From Nitrosopumilus sp. (GTDB lineage Archaea; Thermoproteota; Nitrososphaeria; Nitrososphaerales; Nitrosopumilaceae), in the NCBI GenBank assembly GCA_965207075.1, contig CBDBLO010000001.1:1-45906 (forward strand): 45,906 bases of DNA, read 5' to 3'. Positions 27,769 through 36,469 of the stretch are shown here, piece by piece (position 1 is the first letter of the stretch; each line of letters opens with the position of its first letter). The notes beneath the pieces were generated by a model, which had not been told where the DNA came from, made no database searches, and was given only the letters and a program-made list of their open reading frames with translations. Made by a program: the position numbers and the translations under genes.

Positions 27769-27865
27769 TCACGCCTCACGCGCCATCGATTCGTCCCTCC
27801 ACCTGTTGTACAGGGCCACCTTGAGCCTTGCCCTACAGGATGTTCTACCGCTTGAGGGACGTCAT
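27769..27865 (-). pseudogene. Probable C-terminal remnant of an IS5-type transposase
   Basis: Reads SLKR*NIL* then, frameshifted, ARLKVALYNRWRDESMAREA*. Resembles from memory the LKWENxxQExRxKVALYN tail of archaeal IS5-type transposases. Confidence 0.45.
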
Positions 27866-28078
27866 GAACGTTCTGTGTCCGTTTGATCAGATTTCATTGA
27901 TCAGATTAGAGCCTGCGCTGTCACAAGGCCGCAGGGGCGGATGTCTACAGGCGCAATTAGGAAACAGAGTTCTGTTTTGCCAAATCCACTCCGATATGGG
28001 ACGCTTATTATAACAGACTCCCAAGTCTATCAAGGTGCCAGTTGTAAAAAAATCGTATAGATCGGGAATGTGTGATCC

Positions 28079-28684
28079 ATGATTGTGGGAGGAATGGACG
28101 TATCGGGGACACCAAAGACGGATAACTGCAAATATCTGGGAGTTGTCGTCGGAACAGACCAAGCCATAAACACCGCGAAAATAAATTTGGGCTATGAAGG
28201 AATTCACATGAGCCAGATTGGTGACAAAAAGAGACAAAAGGAGATTATAACTAAACTAAAGTTTGACAGTAGGGAAATTATGGCACTCTGCTTCAAAATA
28301 GACAAGAACACCACAATTAATAAGATTGCAGAGATGAGAAAAATAAAAAAATTACGTATTCCAAACAGTAAGATTTACCGCACATACCATTACTTGCTGG
28401 CACATCATATACGACGGCGAATCACAGAGTTTCTTGTCATGCACAAACAAGACATGTCAAGTACGATCTTTCAATGTGACGGAGACTGTAAGAACTTTCT
28501 AAAGGAGAGCGGCCTGCACCACGCTAATGGAGGCAATGCCCACATGCTGTCAGATGCAGTAGCGTGGGCAAACAACACCAACAGAGAGCCACAGGGCGTG
28601 ATTCAGGCGGATCTTTCTAGTGAGATTAGGAAAGGATTGATCAAAAAGCTCGGGTTAGATCCTGAAAGGGGATACAGGACGTGA
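28079..28684 (+). CDS. Low-GC basic protein, probably DUF3800/RNase H-like
   Basis: N-terminal GMDVSG (cf. xxDESG) followed by YLGVVVG; central IFQCDG; C-terminal HMLSDAVAW (cf. QLADxxA). Confidence 0.55.
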   Translation: MIVGGMDVSGTPKTDNCKYLGVVVGTDQAINTAKINLGYEGIHMSQIGDKKRQKEIITKLKFDSREIMALCFKIDKNTTINKIAEMRKIKKLRIPNSKIYRTYHYLLAHHIRRRITEFLVMHKQDMSSTIFQCDGDCKNFLKESGLHHANGGNAHMLSDAVAWANNTNREPQGVIQADLSSEIRKGLIKKLGLDPERGYRT

Positions 28685-28709
28685 TTCAGGCAGAACGAAA
28701 ATTTGATGG

Positions 28710-28775
28710 GTCCGTACCCACATCAGCCCAATGATCGCCGACATAACAGTCGGCCAAAGGGGTTCGAGTACGGAT
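28710..28775 (+). ncRNA. Candidate structured RNA directly downstream of the DUF3800-like gene (strand uncertain)
   Basis: Nested stems TCCGTAC/GTACGGA (28711-17/28768-74), AGCCC/GGGTT (28725-29/28760-64) and GCCGAC/GTCGGC (28737-42/28749-54). Confidence 0.4.
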
Positions 28776-29100
28776 GTAACTATATGGGAATACAAGTATA
28801 TATCGTTATAACGGGGTGGGCGCCGCCTAGGCACTCGTAAAAATGACGACATTGTCCAATTTGGAATGCTTTATCCCAAACTTGTGCTCATTTTAATGGG
28901 TTTTGGAGCGAGGCGGGTAACAAAACCCGGCTTTTCGCGTGTTAACCTCCGGATGAGGGGGAAGCTGCGGCATCCCCGCACGCCTGAACACATCAGAATG
29001 AACGCAAGCCGGAGGCAGGAAATTCCAAACCGGGCATAGCTGGCACATGCCCAGTCTCGGCCCTAGATTATCTATATAATTCCCCCCGGCCTTACGCGAC

Positions 29101-29367
29101 GTGATGCCGGGCATAGGACTGATCAAGCGGCGCCTGGAGACGGAGGCCCAGGCAGTGGCGCTGGCCACGTCACACATACTAAAGGAGCGCAGTCAGGCAG
29201 GCGGAGAAGGAAAGAAGGAGGGCCCGGCAGGTGCGGTCAGCACGCTTGAGACCAAGTACGACGCGGACTCGGGGGACTGGTATGTCGCGCTCGGCTGGGA
29301 CGGCAAAAGGGCCGTCATACGGATGGACTCCATACTGGGCACCGTAACGGACGTAAGGGAGGTATGA
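29101..29367 (+). CDS. Small hypothetical protein
   Basis: TATATAA at ~29073; ATGA overlap with the next gene; native codon style. Confidence 0.7.
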   Translation: MMPGIGLIKRRLETEAQAVALATSHILKERSQAGGEGKKEGPAGAVSTLETKYDADSGDWYVALGWDGKRAVIRMDSILGTVTDVREV

Positions 29368-30017
29368 GCATGGACGCGCTTGTCATGGGCGGCTCCAGGG
29401 GGATCGGCAGGGCGATTGCAGACGCGCTGTCCGACGCCGGCGTCAACGTGTATGCCGCATCAAGGCGCGACGTCGACACGTCTGACCTTGAGAGCGCAAA
29501 AGAGTTCGCCAGGGCGCACCCCGACACCGACGTGCTGGTGCTTAACACGGGCGGGCCCCCCCCAAAGACGTTTGCCGAGACAACGGAGCAGGACTGGCAG
29601 AAATACCACAACCAGCTGTTCCTGGGATTCTGCACGATCCTGCAAAACGTCAGGGTGAACGACGGCGGCTACATATTCTTGATCAGCTCGAGCGTGATAA
29701 AGGAGCCCGACCCGCGCCTCGTCATCTCCGCCGCGTACCGCGCGGCGTTCGCGGAGATCCTCAGGGTGCAGAGCCGTACGGAATACGCGGGGCGCGACGT
29801 CACCTGCGTTACGATAGCGCCGGGCCCGATCAACACGGACCGCACCCGCGAGCTTGTCGACGATATAGAAGAGTTCCAGAAGCAGCTGCCCATGGGGCGG
29901 CTGGGCGAGCCCGGCGAGATAGGCCGGTTCGTGGCCGGCATAGTGAGCCGCAGGATAAAGTACCTGTCAGGCGCCGTGATAAACTTTGACGGGGCCGGCT
30001 CGCGCCACGTCTTTTAG
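29364..30017 (+). CDS. Short-chain dehydrogenase/reductase
   Basis: ALVMGGSRGIG, LVLNTGGPP, IAPGPINTDR, PMGRLGEP, INFDG. Confidence 0.9.
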   Translation: MSMDALVMGGSRGIGRAIADALSDAGVNVYAASRRDVDTSDLESAKEFARAHPDTDVLVLNTGGPPPKTFAETTEQDWQKYHNQLFLGFCTILQNVRVNDGGYIFLISSSVIKEPDPRLVISAAYRAAFAEILRVQSRTEYAGRDVTCVTIAPGPINTDRTRELVDDIEEFQKQLPMGRLGEPGEIGRFVAGIVSRRIKYLSGAVINFDGAGSRHVF

Positions 30018-30102
30018 GCGTCGTCGCGCGCAGCCGGCCGGCCGCGGAACCGCGGCGTGTGCGATACTAGACATATATGAGTTCACGCGTGACCACAGCC
30101 AC

Positions 30103-31125
30103 TTGCTTGACAAGCATACGATGGAGAGGGTCGACACGGGCCGGATGCACGAGGTGTACGACAGGTGGCCACGGATCGCGGCCGAGGCGTACGAGCCCCG
30201 CCCGGACCAAGACGCCGTCGCGTGCGGGGACGACATCGCGCACATCGTGTTTGCGGGAATGGGGGGGTCGGGCGCCGTGGGGGACCTCTTTGCCGCCGTG
30301 CTCTCAAAGACTATAGTGCACGTCACCGTAACAAAGGGGTACGAGCTGCCAAAAACGGTCGACAGGAACACGCTGGTGGTCGCGACGAGCGTCTCGGGGG
30401 AGACGCCGGAGACGCTGGCCGCGCTAGAGGCGGCCGCCAAGACCGACGCGCGGGTCGTCGGCGTGTCGTCGGGCGGCAGTCTGGAGAAGATGTGCCGCAG
30501 CAGGGGCCACGGGCACATACCCATCAAACAGGACCACTCGCCCCGGGCGTCGTTTGCGGGGGTCGTCTTCTCCATGCTGAGGGCGCTTGAGGACGTGCTG
30601 CCGCTGCGGAGGGGGGACGTTTCGGAGGCCGTGGGGCGCCTGCGGGATGTGGGCCGCGCGATATCGTCGGACAACATGGGCGGCGACAACGTGTCGCTGC
30701 GCATCGCCGAGCGCATGGCCGCCGTGCCGCTGATATACCACCCGTTCGGGCTGCGGGCAGCTGCCATCAGGTTCAAAAACGACCTGCAGGAGAACGCAAA
30801 GACGCACGCCATGGTGGAGGACGTCTTGGAGGCTTGCCACAACGGGGTCGTGGCGTGGGAGGCGCCCTCCGACGTGGTCGGCCCCGTCATGATCACGGGA
30901 AGCGACGACCACCCGAAGACCAAGGAGAGGTGGCAGATACTAAAAGAGTACTTTGAGTCGGCGAATATCGAATACGTGGAGATTCAGTCCGGGGAGGGGG
31001 GGATACTGGCAAAGCTCATGGGCCTTTCATACGTGGCGGGATATGCCAGCATATATCGCGCCGTAATGAACGGGATCGACCCGTCGCCCGTCAGGTCCAT
31101 AGATTTCGTAAAGAAGAGGCTTTGA
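30103..31125 (+). CDS. Bifunctional phosphoglucose/phosphomannose isomerase (SIS domain)
   Basis: FAGMGGSGAVGD, SVSGETPET, SSGGSL, PRAS, LQENAK, EACHN. Start re-set to TTG 30103. Confidence 0.85.
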   Translation: MLDKHTMERVDTGRMHEVYDRWPRIAAEAYEPRPDQDAVACGDDIAHIVFAGMGGSGAVGDLFAAVLSKTIVHVTVTKGYELPKTVDRNTLVVATSVSGETPETLAALEAAAKTDARVVGVSSGGSLEKMCRSRGHGHIPIKQDHSPRASFAGVVFSMLRALEDVLPLRRGDVSEAVGRLRDVGRAISSDNMGGDNVSLRIAERMAAVPLIYHPFGLRAAAIRFKNDLQENAKTHAMVEDVLEACHNGVVAWEAPSDVVGPVMITGSDDHPKTKERWQILKEYFESANIEYVEIQSGEGGILAKLMGLSYVAGYASIYRAVMNGIDPSPVRSIDFVKKRL

Positions 31126-31169
31126 CCCGGTCGGTCTGCCGTTTTGCGGGGGCGGAACCGCTGCTGAAA

Positions 31170-31880
31170 TTAGTTGCCCGCGTCGTCTTTTGCGGCCGCA
31201 TCCGCTGGCGTCTGCGCGCCGGGCGATGGTGGTGGTGACGATGATGATGCAGGTGACGACGGCGGTATCACCAAGAGCCCCCCGTCGGCAAGCTGCTTTA
31301 CAAGCTGCATGACCTCCTTTTCGACCTGGCCGCGCTGCAACCCTGTCTGCTGGGCGAACACCTCCACCAGGTCGGTTATCTTGCGCTCCCCGTTGCAGGA
31401 CCGCCAAAAGTCCACTATGGCCTGGTTGACCATGAACCCCTGGTCGTGCTCGTTTGCGAGCACCATCGAGCCGTCCTCCTGCTTGACCAGGTTGCCCACG
31501 CCCTGCGGCATGGCAGTCGCATAGTCTATGGGGGCCGGCGTCGCCATGTTGGTGAGGCTGCCCATGCCCCGCAGCGTCTCCCTGGCCTCGGCGGTCAGCA
31601 TGTCCATCGACCAGGGCGGGTCCCAGACTATCTCGACGTTGACGTTGTTGACGCCGGGCACCTTTTTGGCAAACCGCGTCACGTCGGAGACCAGCGTCTC
31701 GTGCAGCGGGCATCCCTTCGTGGTCATGGTCATCTTTATCTCGACATCGTTGCCGTCCGTGACGTCGATCCCGTACACCAGGCCCATGTCCACGATGCTG
31801 ATCGGAACCTCCGGATCCATGCACTGCTTGAGCGACGCCCTGACCGCGTCGGGGGTGACGGATACTGCAGAAGTGCTCAT
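31170..31880 (-). CDS. DUF59/SufT Fe-S assembly protein fused to a PqqD-like domain
   Basis: DPEVPISIVDMGLVY, MTMTTKGCP, VWDPPWS; C-terminal NQAIVDFWRSCNGERKITDLV...LADGGLL. Confidence 0.85.
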   Translation of the reverse strand: MSTSAVSVTPDAVRASLKQCMDPEVPISIVDMGLVYGIDVTDGNDVEIKMTMTTKGCPLHETLVSDVTRFAKKVPGVNNVNVEIVWDPPWSMDMLTAEARETLRGMGSLTNMATPAPIDYATAMPQGVGNLVKQEDGSMVLANEHDQGFMVNQAIVDFWRSCNGERKITDLVEVFAQQTGLQRGQVEKEVMQLVKQLADGGLLVIPPSSPASSSSPPPSPGAQTPADAAAKDDAGN

Positions 31881-31914
31881 GTGGGGCGCAGTCCCGCCAA
31901 GAAATAAAAAGTTT

Positions 31915-33045
31915 CTATAAATTAGCTGCGACAAACAATCGGGGGATGGACTCTACATAGGGGGGTGCCGCCACGCCCCTCTCAGTTATGATCCCGGACA
32001 CGAGCTCGGGGGGCGTCATGTCAAACGCGGGGTTTATCACGCCGACGCCGGCGGGCGCCGTCCTGCGGCCCGCCACACCCGTAACCTCGTCGGGGCTGCG
32101 CTGCTCTATCACCACGTCGCCGGGGTCGCTGTCCATGTCAAACGTGGAGAGCGGGGCCGCCACGTAGAACGGTATGCCGTGCCGGCGCGCCATGGTGGCC
32201 ACCTGGTACGTCCCTATCTTGTTGTAGACGTGTCCCGTGCGCAGTATGCGGTCGGCGCCCACCACCACGCGGTCGACCAGTCCGTTTGCCATCGCGTACC
32301 CGACGGCGGTGTCGGGTATGATGCTGACGTCGATCCCGTCGTGCTTTAGCTCGAATGCGGTCAGCCTCGAGCCCTGCTGCACGGGGCGGGTCTCGGTGGC
32401 GATCACGCTGACCGCCTTGCCGGAGTCGCGCGCGGCCCTGATCACCCCCAGCGCCGTGCCGTACGCGACGGTGGCAAGGGCCCCCGCGTTGCAGTGGGTC
32501 ATTATGGTGTCGTTGTCCGAAAAGAGGGCAGCCCCGTTGCGCCCCATCGCCAGGTTCACCTCGATGTCGTCTGACGCCATGCGCATTGCGGCGTCCGCTA
32601 CCGCCGTGGCTACGGGGACGGGAGAGTCACTGTTAGACGAGGCGGCCGCGTCCTCGGCGACTCGCATTATCTTGTCCAGGCCCCACTTCAGGTTGACGGC
32701 GGTGGGGCGAGTCGCCGCGAGGACCGTGGCGGCAGTCCTGAGGTCCCTTAGGAGCTGGGACGCGTCGGACGCGCCGCTCTGCCGCGCGGCCAGCGCAAGC
32801 CCGAAGGCTCCCGACACCCCTATTGCGGGGGCCCCCCTCACGACGAGGTTCTTGATGGCCTGCGCCACGTCCCTGTAGTCGTCATATGTGACGTAGACGA
32901 GCTCGTTTGGGAGCTTCGTCTGGTCGACCATCACCACCCTGCCGTCGGCGCTCCACTCCACGGTCTTCATCAGGTCCGACGGCTTGGGCGAACGCGACGG
33001 CGGTGGCGGTGCGGATGATGCGGTCGCGGACATGGCAGGTGTCAT
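31915..33045 (-). CDS. mtnA: Methylthioribose-1-phosphate isomerase (eIF2B-like)
   Basis: DQTKLP, VRGAPAIG, TRPTAVNL, THCNAGALAT, ETRP.QQGSRLTA, GADRI, NKIGTY, NPAFDMTP. Confidence 0.9.
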   Translation of the reverse strand: MTPAMSATASSAPPPPSRSPKPSDLMKTVEWSADGRVVMVDQTKLPNELVYVTYDDYRDVAQAIKNLVVRGAPAIGVSGAFGLALAARQSGASDASQLLRDLRTAATVLAATRPTAVNLKWGLDKIMRVAEDAAASSNSDSPVPVATAVADAAMRMASDDIEVNLAMGRNGAALFSDNDTIMTHCNAGALATVAYGTALGVIRAARDSGKAVSVIATETRPVQQGSRLTAFELKHDGIDVSIIPDTAVGYAMANGLVDRVVVGADRILRTGHVYNKIGTYQVATMARRHGIPFYVAAPLSTFDMDSDPGDVVIEQRSPDEVTGVAGRRTAPAGVGVINPAFDMTPPELVSGIITERGVAAPPYVESIPRLFVAANL

Positions 33046-33104
33046 TACGCCCCCTTACGAATAATTTAAACCGAGTCGAATGCGGCGTGCCGCAACCTAC
33101 AGAA

Positions 33105-33225
33105 TCTGTGTCGGTTCCGGCCTGGGTCAAGAACAGCACCGGATGGTGGCAGACGGGCTGCTAGAATGATAAAGAGTTTGTTAACAGTATCGAACATCTG
33201 GCTTCCAATGGACTTGTACACGTGG
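33105..33225 (+). pseudogene. Remnant of the thaumarchaeal IPxWxKNxAGWWADG exported-protein motif
   Basis: VPAWVKNSTGWW, then ADGLL in a shifted frame, then NDKEFVNSIEHLASNGLV back in the first frame after an in-frame TAG. Confidence 0.6.
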
Positions 33226-33439
33226 GAGAGGACGGGGCAAGAACCTTAGTCGTGTTTGTCGGGAAGCAGGTCCGCACAGTTGCGGGGAAGCTGCTTCCCT
33301 AAAGCCACACGCTTGTGGCCCTGATCTACCATACGTCAGCTACGCAATAAAGTGACTGCCACACGTAGTTCGTGCAGGCGGAACATCACACCGTACAAAA
33401 CACATGCAGGTTGCGGCGTGCCGCAGACTATTGCCAGAA

Positions 33440-35104
33440 TCACACTAGGGCCTGCGACGCCTGGTGGAACATCTCGGACTTTGCGCACCCGGCCGCAAGC
33501 TCGTCGCCGGCGCCACGCCTCATCAGCCCGCGGTACAGCCCGTCCTCGAGCTTTACGCCCTCGCGCTCCTCCCACTCCTCAACGGTTATCGAGTACTTTT
33601 TCTGGATGCGGTCGCGGTACCACTCCGGTATCACGTTGAACGCGCAGAACGGGATTATGCGCAGGTCGGGAGTCACATAGTGTATGTCGCAGCGCTGCAG
33701 GCGCTCCAGGTCCTCGTTGTACTTGTCCTGAAAGTGCATCATGCCCAGGAACAGCCCCTTGACGTGCCACGAGCCCACCGAGTCAAAGGAGCGCTTCATC
33801 AGTATGTTGCCGAACATCTTTGCAAGGTCCAGTCCGGCCGGCTGCTTTTTGGTGTCGACAAACGACTTTAGCTTGCGCACCACCTCTAGCATCGTAAAGT
33901 ACTTGTTCTTGCCCGACCTGATCTCCTCGGCCTTGTCCTCGAACAGCTCGAGCATGCCCTGTATGTCGCAGAACTTTGTGAGCGGTACGAACTTTTTGGT
34001 CTCCTCGTCCTCGAAGATGTACGTGCCGGCGCCGCACGCAAAGTGTATCGACAATTCATACTTTGGCTTTGAGGAGAACGCCTCTATCACGTTTGTAAGC
34101 GGCATGCACGACGGCACGGGGAACCAGTCGTCTATCGTAACCTCGCCGTTGGTCTGCTCCTCTATGCGCTGCACGCAGTCCGGTATCGTTATGCGGTATT
34201 TCTCGCGCTCGGTCTTGCCCATCCTTCCCGTCAGCGACACGGGCTGGAAGTTTACCGCGTGGACAACGTCCATGTTCTTCTGGGCGTACCTGATTATGCC
34301 GCCCAGCTCGTGGTCGTTTATCGACTTTATCACGGTGGGAACGAACACGACCGTGGTGCCGGTCTTGCGGCAGCTGTCGAGCGCGTACGGGATCTCCCAG
34401 TGGTTCTTGGGGTTCGTCCTGGCCGTGACTCCGTCAAATGACAGGTACAAATTGTTGCATCCGGCCAATCTGACCTCCCTTGCGGCCTCAGGATCCATGG
34501 CGTGCCTTATGCCGTTTGTGTTCATCTGGATGTGGTCTACCCCCTCCTCCTTCATTATCTTGATTACCTCTGTGATGTCCTCGCGCAGCATGGGCTCGCC
34601 GCCCGTGATCTGCATCGAGTTGCCGGGTATGGGCCTCTCGGCCCTCAGAGTCTTCATCATGGCCCTGACCTGGTCCTGCGAGGGCTCGTACATGTATGCG
34701 CCCTCCAGCCCCTTTTTGACGTAAAAGAAGCAGTACCAGCACGTCAGGTCGCACCTGTTTGTCACTATCATGTTTGCCAGGCCGCTGTGCGACAGGTGGT
34801 TGGAGCACAGCCCGCAGTTGTTGGGGCACGAGCACTTGTCGATCATCACGTTCGGGGCGTGCGCCCCCTTGCCGTCCTGCCAGTAAGTTGAGAACTTGTT
34901 GTACATCTCGTACGAGCCAAAGTACAGCTCCTCGCACTCGCCGTGCGACGGGCACGTCTTTGTCATGAACACCTTGCCGTCCCGCTCAAACACCTCGGCG
35001 TCCAGGATCATGTTGCAGTCGGGGCATATGGACTGGGTGAACCTGATCGTGGACTTTTTGCCCAGATTCTTTGCGGACTGATTGGAGATCTGAATCAGAC
35101 TCAT
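33440..35104 (-). CDS. tes: Radical SAM tetraether lipid synthase
   Basis: N-terminal SICPDC...KTCPSHG, CPNNCGLCSNH, radical SAM CDLTCWYC, C-terminal RCDIHY...IIPFCAFN. Start re-set to ATG 35104. Confidence 0.85.
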   Translation of the reverse strand: MSLIQISNQSAKNLGKKSTIRFTQSICPDCNMILDAEVFERDGKVFMTKTCPSHGECEELYFGSYEMYNKFSTYWQDGKGAHAPNVMIDKCSCPNNCGLCSNHLSHSGLANMIVTNRCDLTCWYCFFYVKKGLEGAYMYEPSQDQVRAMMKTLRAERPIPGNSMQITGGEPMLREDITEVIKIMKEEGVDHIQMNTNGIRHAMDPEAAREVRLAGCNNLYLSFDGVTARTNPKNHWEIPYALDSCRKTGTTVVFVPTVIKSINDHELGGIIRYAQKNMDVVHAVNFQPVSLTGRMGKTEREKYRITIPDCVQRIEEQTNGEVTIDDWFPVPSCMPLTNVIEAFSSKPKYELSIHFACGAGTYIFEDEETKKFVPLTKFCDIQGMLELFEDKAEEIRSGKNKYFTMLEVVRKLKSFVDTKKQPAGLDLAKMFGNILMKRSFDSVGSWHVKGLFLGMMHFQDKYNEDLERLQRCDIHYVTPDLRIIPFCAFNVIPEWYRDRIQKKYSITVEEWEEREGVKLEDGLYRGLMRRGAGDELAAGCAKSEMFHQASQALV

Positions 35105-35265
35105 ACTAATAGATGCTGACTTTTGCATGTATTTAATACTTAAGATTCGACCCGCGCTCCGGCTTTAATACCCACACAGGGTTCGTTGCTTGTACCATAC
35201 AGTGGCCGCCCGTGGGACGGGCAGGCGGCAGGACGGGCGTCCCCTAGGCGGCCGAAAGCGGGTGC

Positions 35266-35361
35266 GGCGGGCACGATGGGGGCGGGCACGATGGGGGCGG
35301 GCACGATGGGGGCGGGCACGATGGGGGCGGGCACGATGGGGGCGGGCACGATGGGGGCGGG
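35266..35361. repeat. Perfect tandem repeat (GGCGGGCACGATGGG)x6.4
   Basis: Six exact 15-bp units from 35266 to 35355 plus a partial unit. Flanked by 20-bp direct repeats at 35220-35239 and 35388-35407. Confidence 0.95.
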
Positions 35362-35466
35362 GCGGGGCGATCCTCATGCGGGGGTACGGCAGGCGGCAGG
35401 ACGGGCGCGCCGCCCGTACCACATGATCCCCAAACTATAAGAGCAAAGCCGTGAACCACGTGACAA

Positions 35467-36162
35467 ATGATGGGAGACAGGGACTATCGCAGCATAGTCC
35501 AGAACGCCATAGACTCCATAGGAAGGGAGCTGGAGCTGGAGATAGACGCGGAGGACGTCAGAAACATCCACCTCAAGGAGGTGACGGGCTGCATGCGCCG
35601 CGCATACTACGACAGGACGGACGCCAAGGAGGTCGAGTCGCGCGAGTTCAGCGGCCTCCTCTCCGGGCTGCTGCGCAAGATGCAGTACGGCAGCGAGTCC
35701 AAGAGGTTCCAAGTCGAGGACGGCGGCATCACGCTGGAGGGCAGGGCGGACATGGTGGTAGACGATATAGTGATACTGTTCAGGCCGCCCCCGGCCGCGG
35801 CCGGCGACGACGCGGAGGCAAGCCAGAGGATGGAGGCCCCGCACGCGGCCGATGCCCTGTACCTGAACGCCTGCATGTGGATATACGGCAAGGAGAGCGG
35901 CATCATCGTGTACATGTCCGGATACCAGAAGGAGGTGATGTTCTCCATGGCGCGCAACAAGAAGATGTTCGAGGAGACGGTGCGCAGGACGCGCGTCCTG
36001 GCAAGCCTGCTCAAGGAGAAGAAGACCCCGATTCTGGAGCCGTCCTCGGAGTGCGCCACCTGCCAGTACTATGAGAGGTGCTATACGACCCGGCGCAACG
36101 CAAAGCAGATCTCCCTGCACGAGATGTTCGGGCTGGGCGGCGGCGACAAGTCCGCAAAGTAG
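35467..36162 (+). CDS. Solo Cas4-like PD-(D/E)XK-fold Fe-S protein
   Basis: GCMRRAYY, LEGRADMV, C-terminal CATCQYYERC (four-Cys cluster). No other cas genes or array in the window. Confidence 0.75.
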   Translation: MMGDRDYRSIVQNAIDSIGRELELEIDAEDVRNIHLKEVTGCMRRAYYDRTDAKEVESREFSGLLSGLLRKMQYGSESKRFQVEDGGITLEGRADMVVDDIVILFRPPPAAAGDDAEASQRMEAPHAADALYLNACMWIYGKESGIIVYMSGYQKEVMFSMARNKKMFEETVRRTRVLASLLKEKKTPILEPSSECATCQYYERCYTTRRNAKQISLHEMFGLGGGDKSAK

Positions 36163-36266
36163 GCCAGCCGGCGCGGACGCCACCGGCAGAACCGGCGTGA
36201 CGCTCGAACGGCATGCGCCGCGCAGCACACGCTGGAAACAACGAAAAAGAGAGATTGGTGATCTGC

Positions 36267-36377
36267 TCACTCAATGGGCTCGGGATGCCCCTTGCCACGG
36301 AGAGCGAAACACACTACTGCCAGTGCTATTGCGACCCCGGCTGCTGCGCCGTATGCGGCCATACCTGCTTCTGCCAT
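36267..36377 (-). CDS. 36-aa single-TM microprotein
   Basis: MAEAGMAAYGAAAGVAIALAVVCFALRGKGHPEPIE; TTATAAAA about 25 nt upstream. Confidence 0.55.
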   Translation of the reverse strand: MAEAGMAAYGAAAGVAIALAVVCFALRGKGHPEPIE

Positions 36378-36469
36378 TTGGGTAGATTCGATCCGTGGCG
36401 CTTTTATAACTTTGGCAGGAATCCTTTGATATAATGAAAGTATCATGATCTGCAAATGCTGTGATACAG

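Larger units (their letters stand above)
27334..29064. mobile_element. Low-GC islet bounded by a 15-bp direct repeat
   Basis: CCCAGTCTCGGCCCT at 27334-27348 and 29050-29064; interior visibly AT-richer than the flanks. Confidence 0.5.

Noticed and set aside
28918-29035. RNase P RNA (ACAAAACCCGGCTT and GGAAATTCC resemble its conserved motifs)
   Set aside because: The motifs are in reverse order, the region is short and the matches are brief. Kept only as a generic structured element.
35266-35361. CRISPR array next to the Cas4-like gene
   Set aside because: Units are contiguous 15-mers with no unique spacers, and there are no other cas genes.
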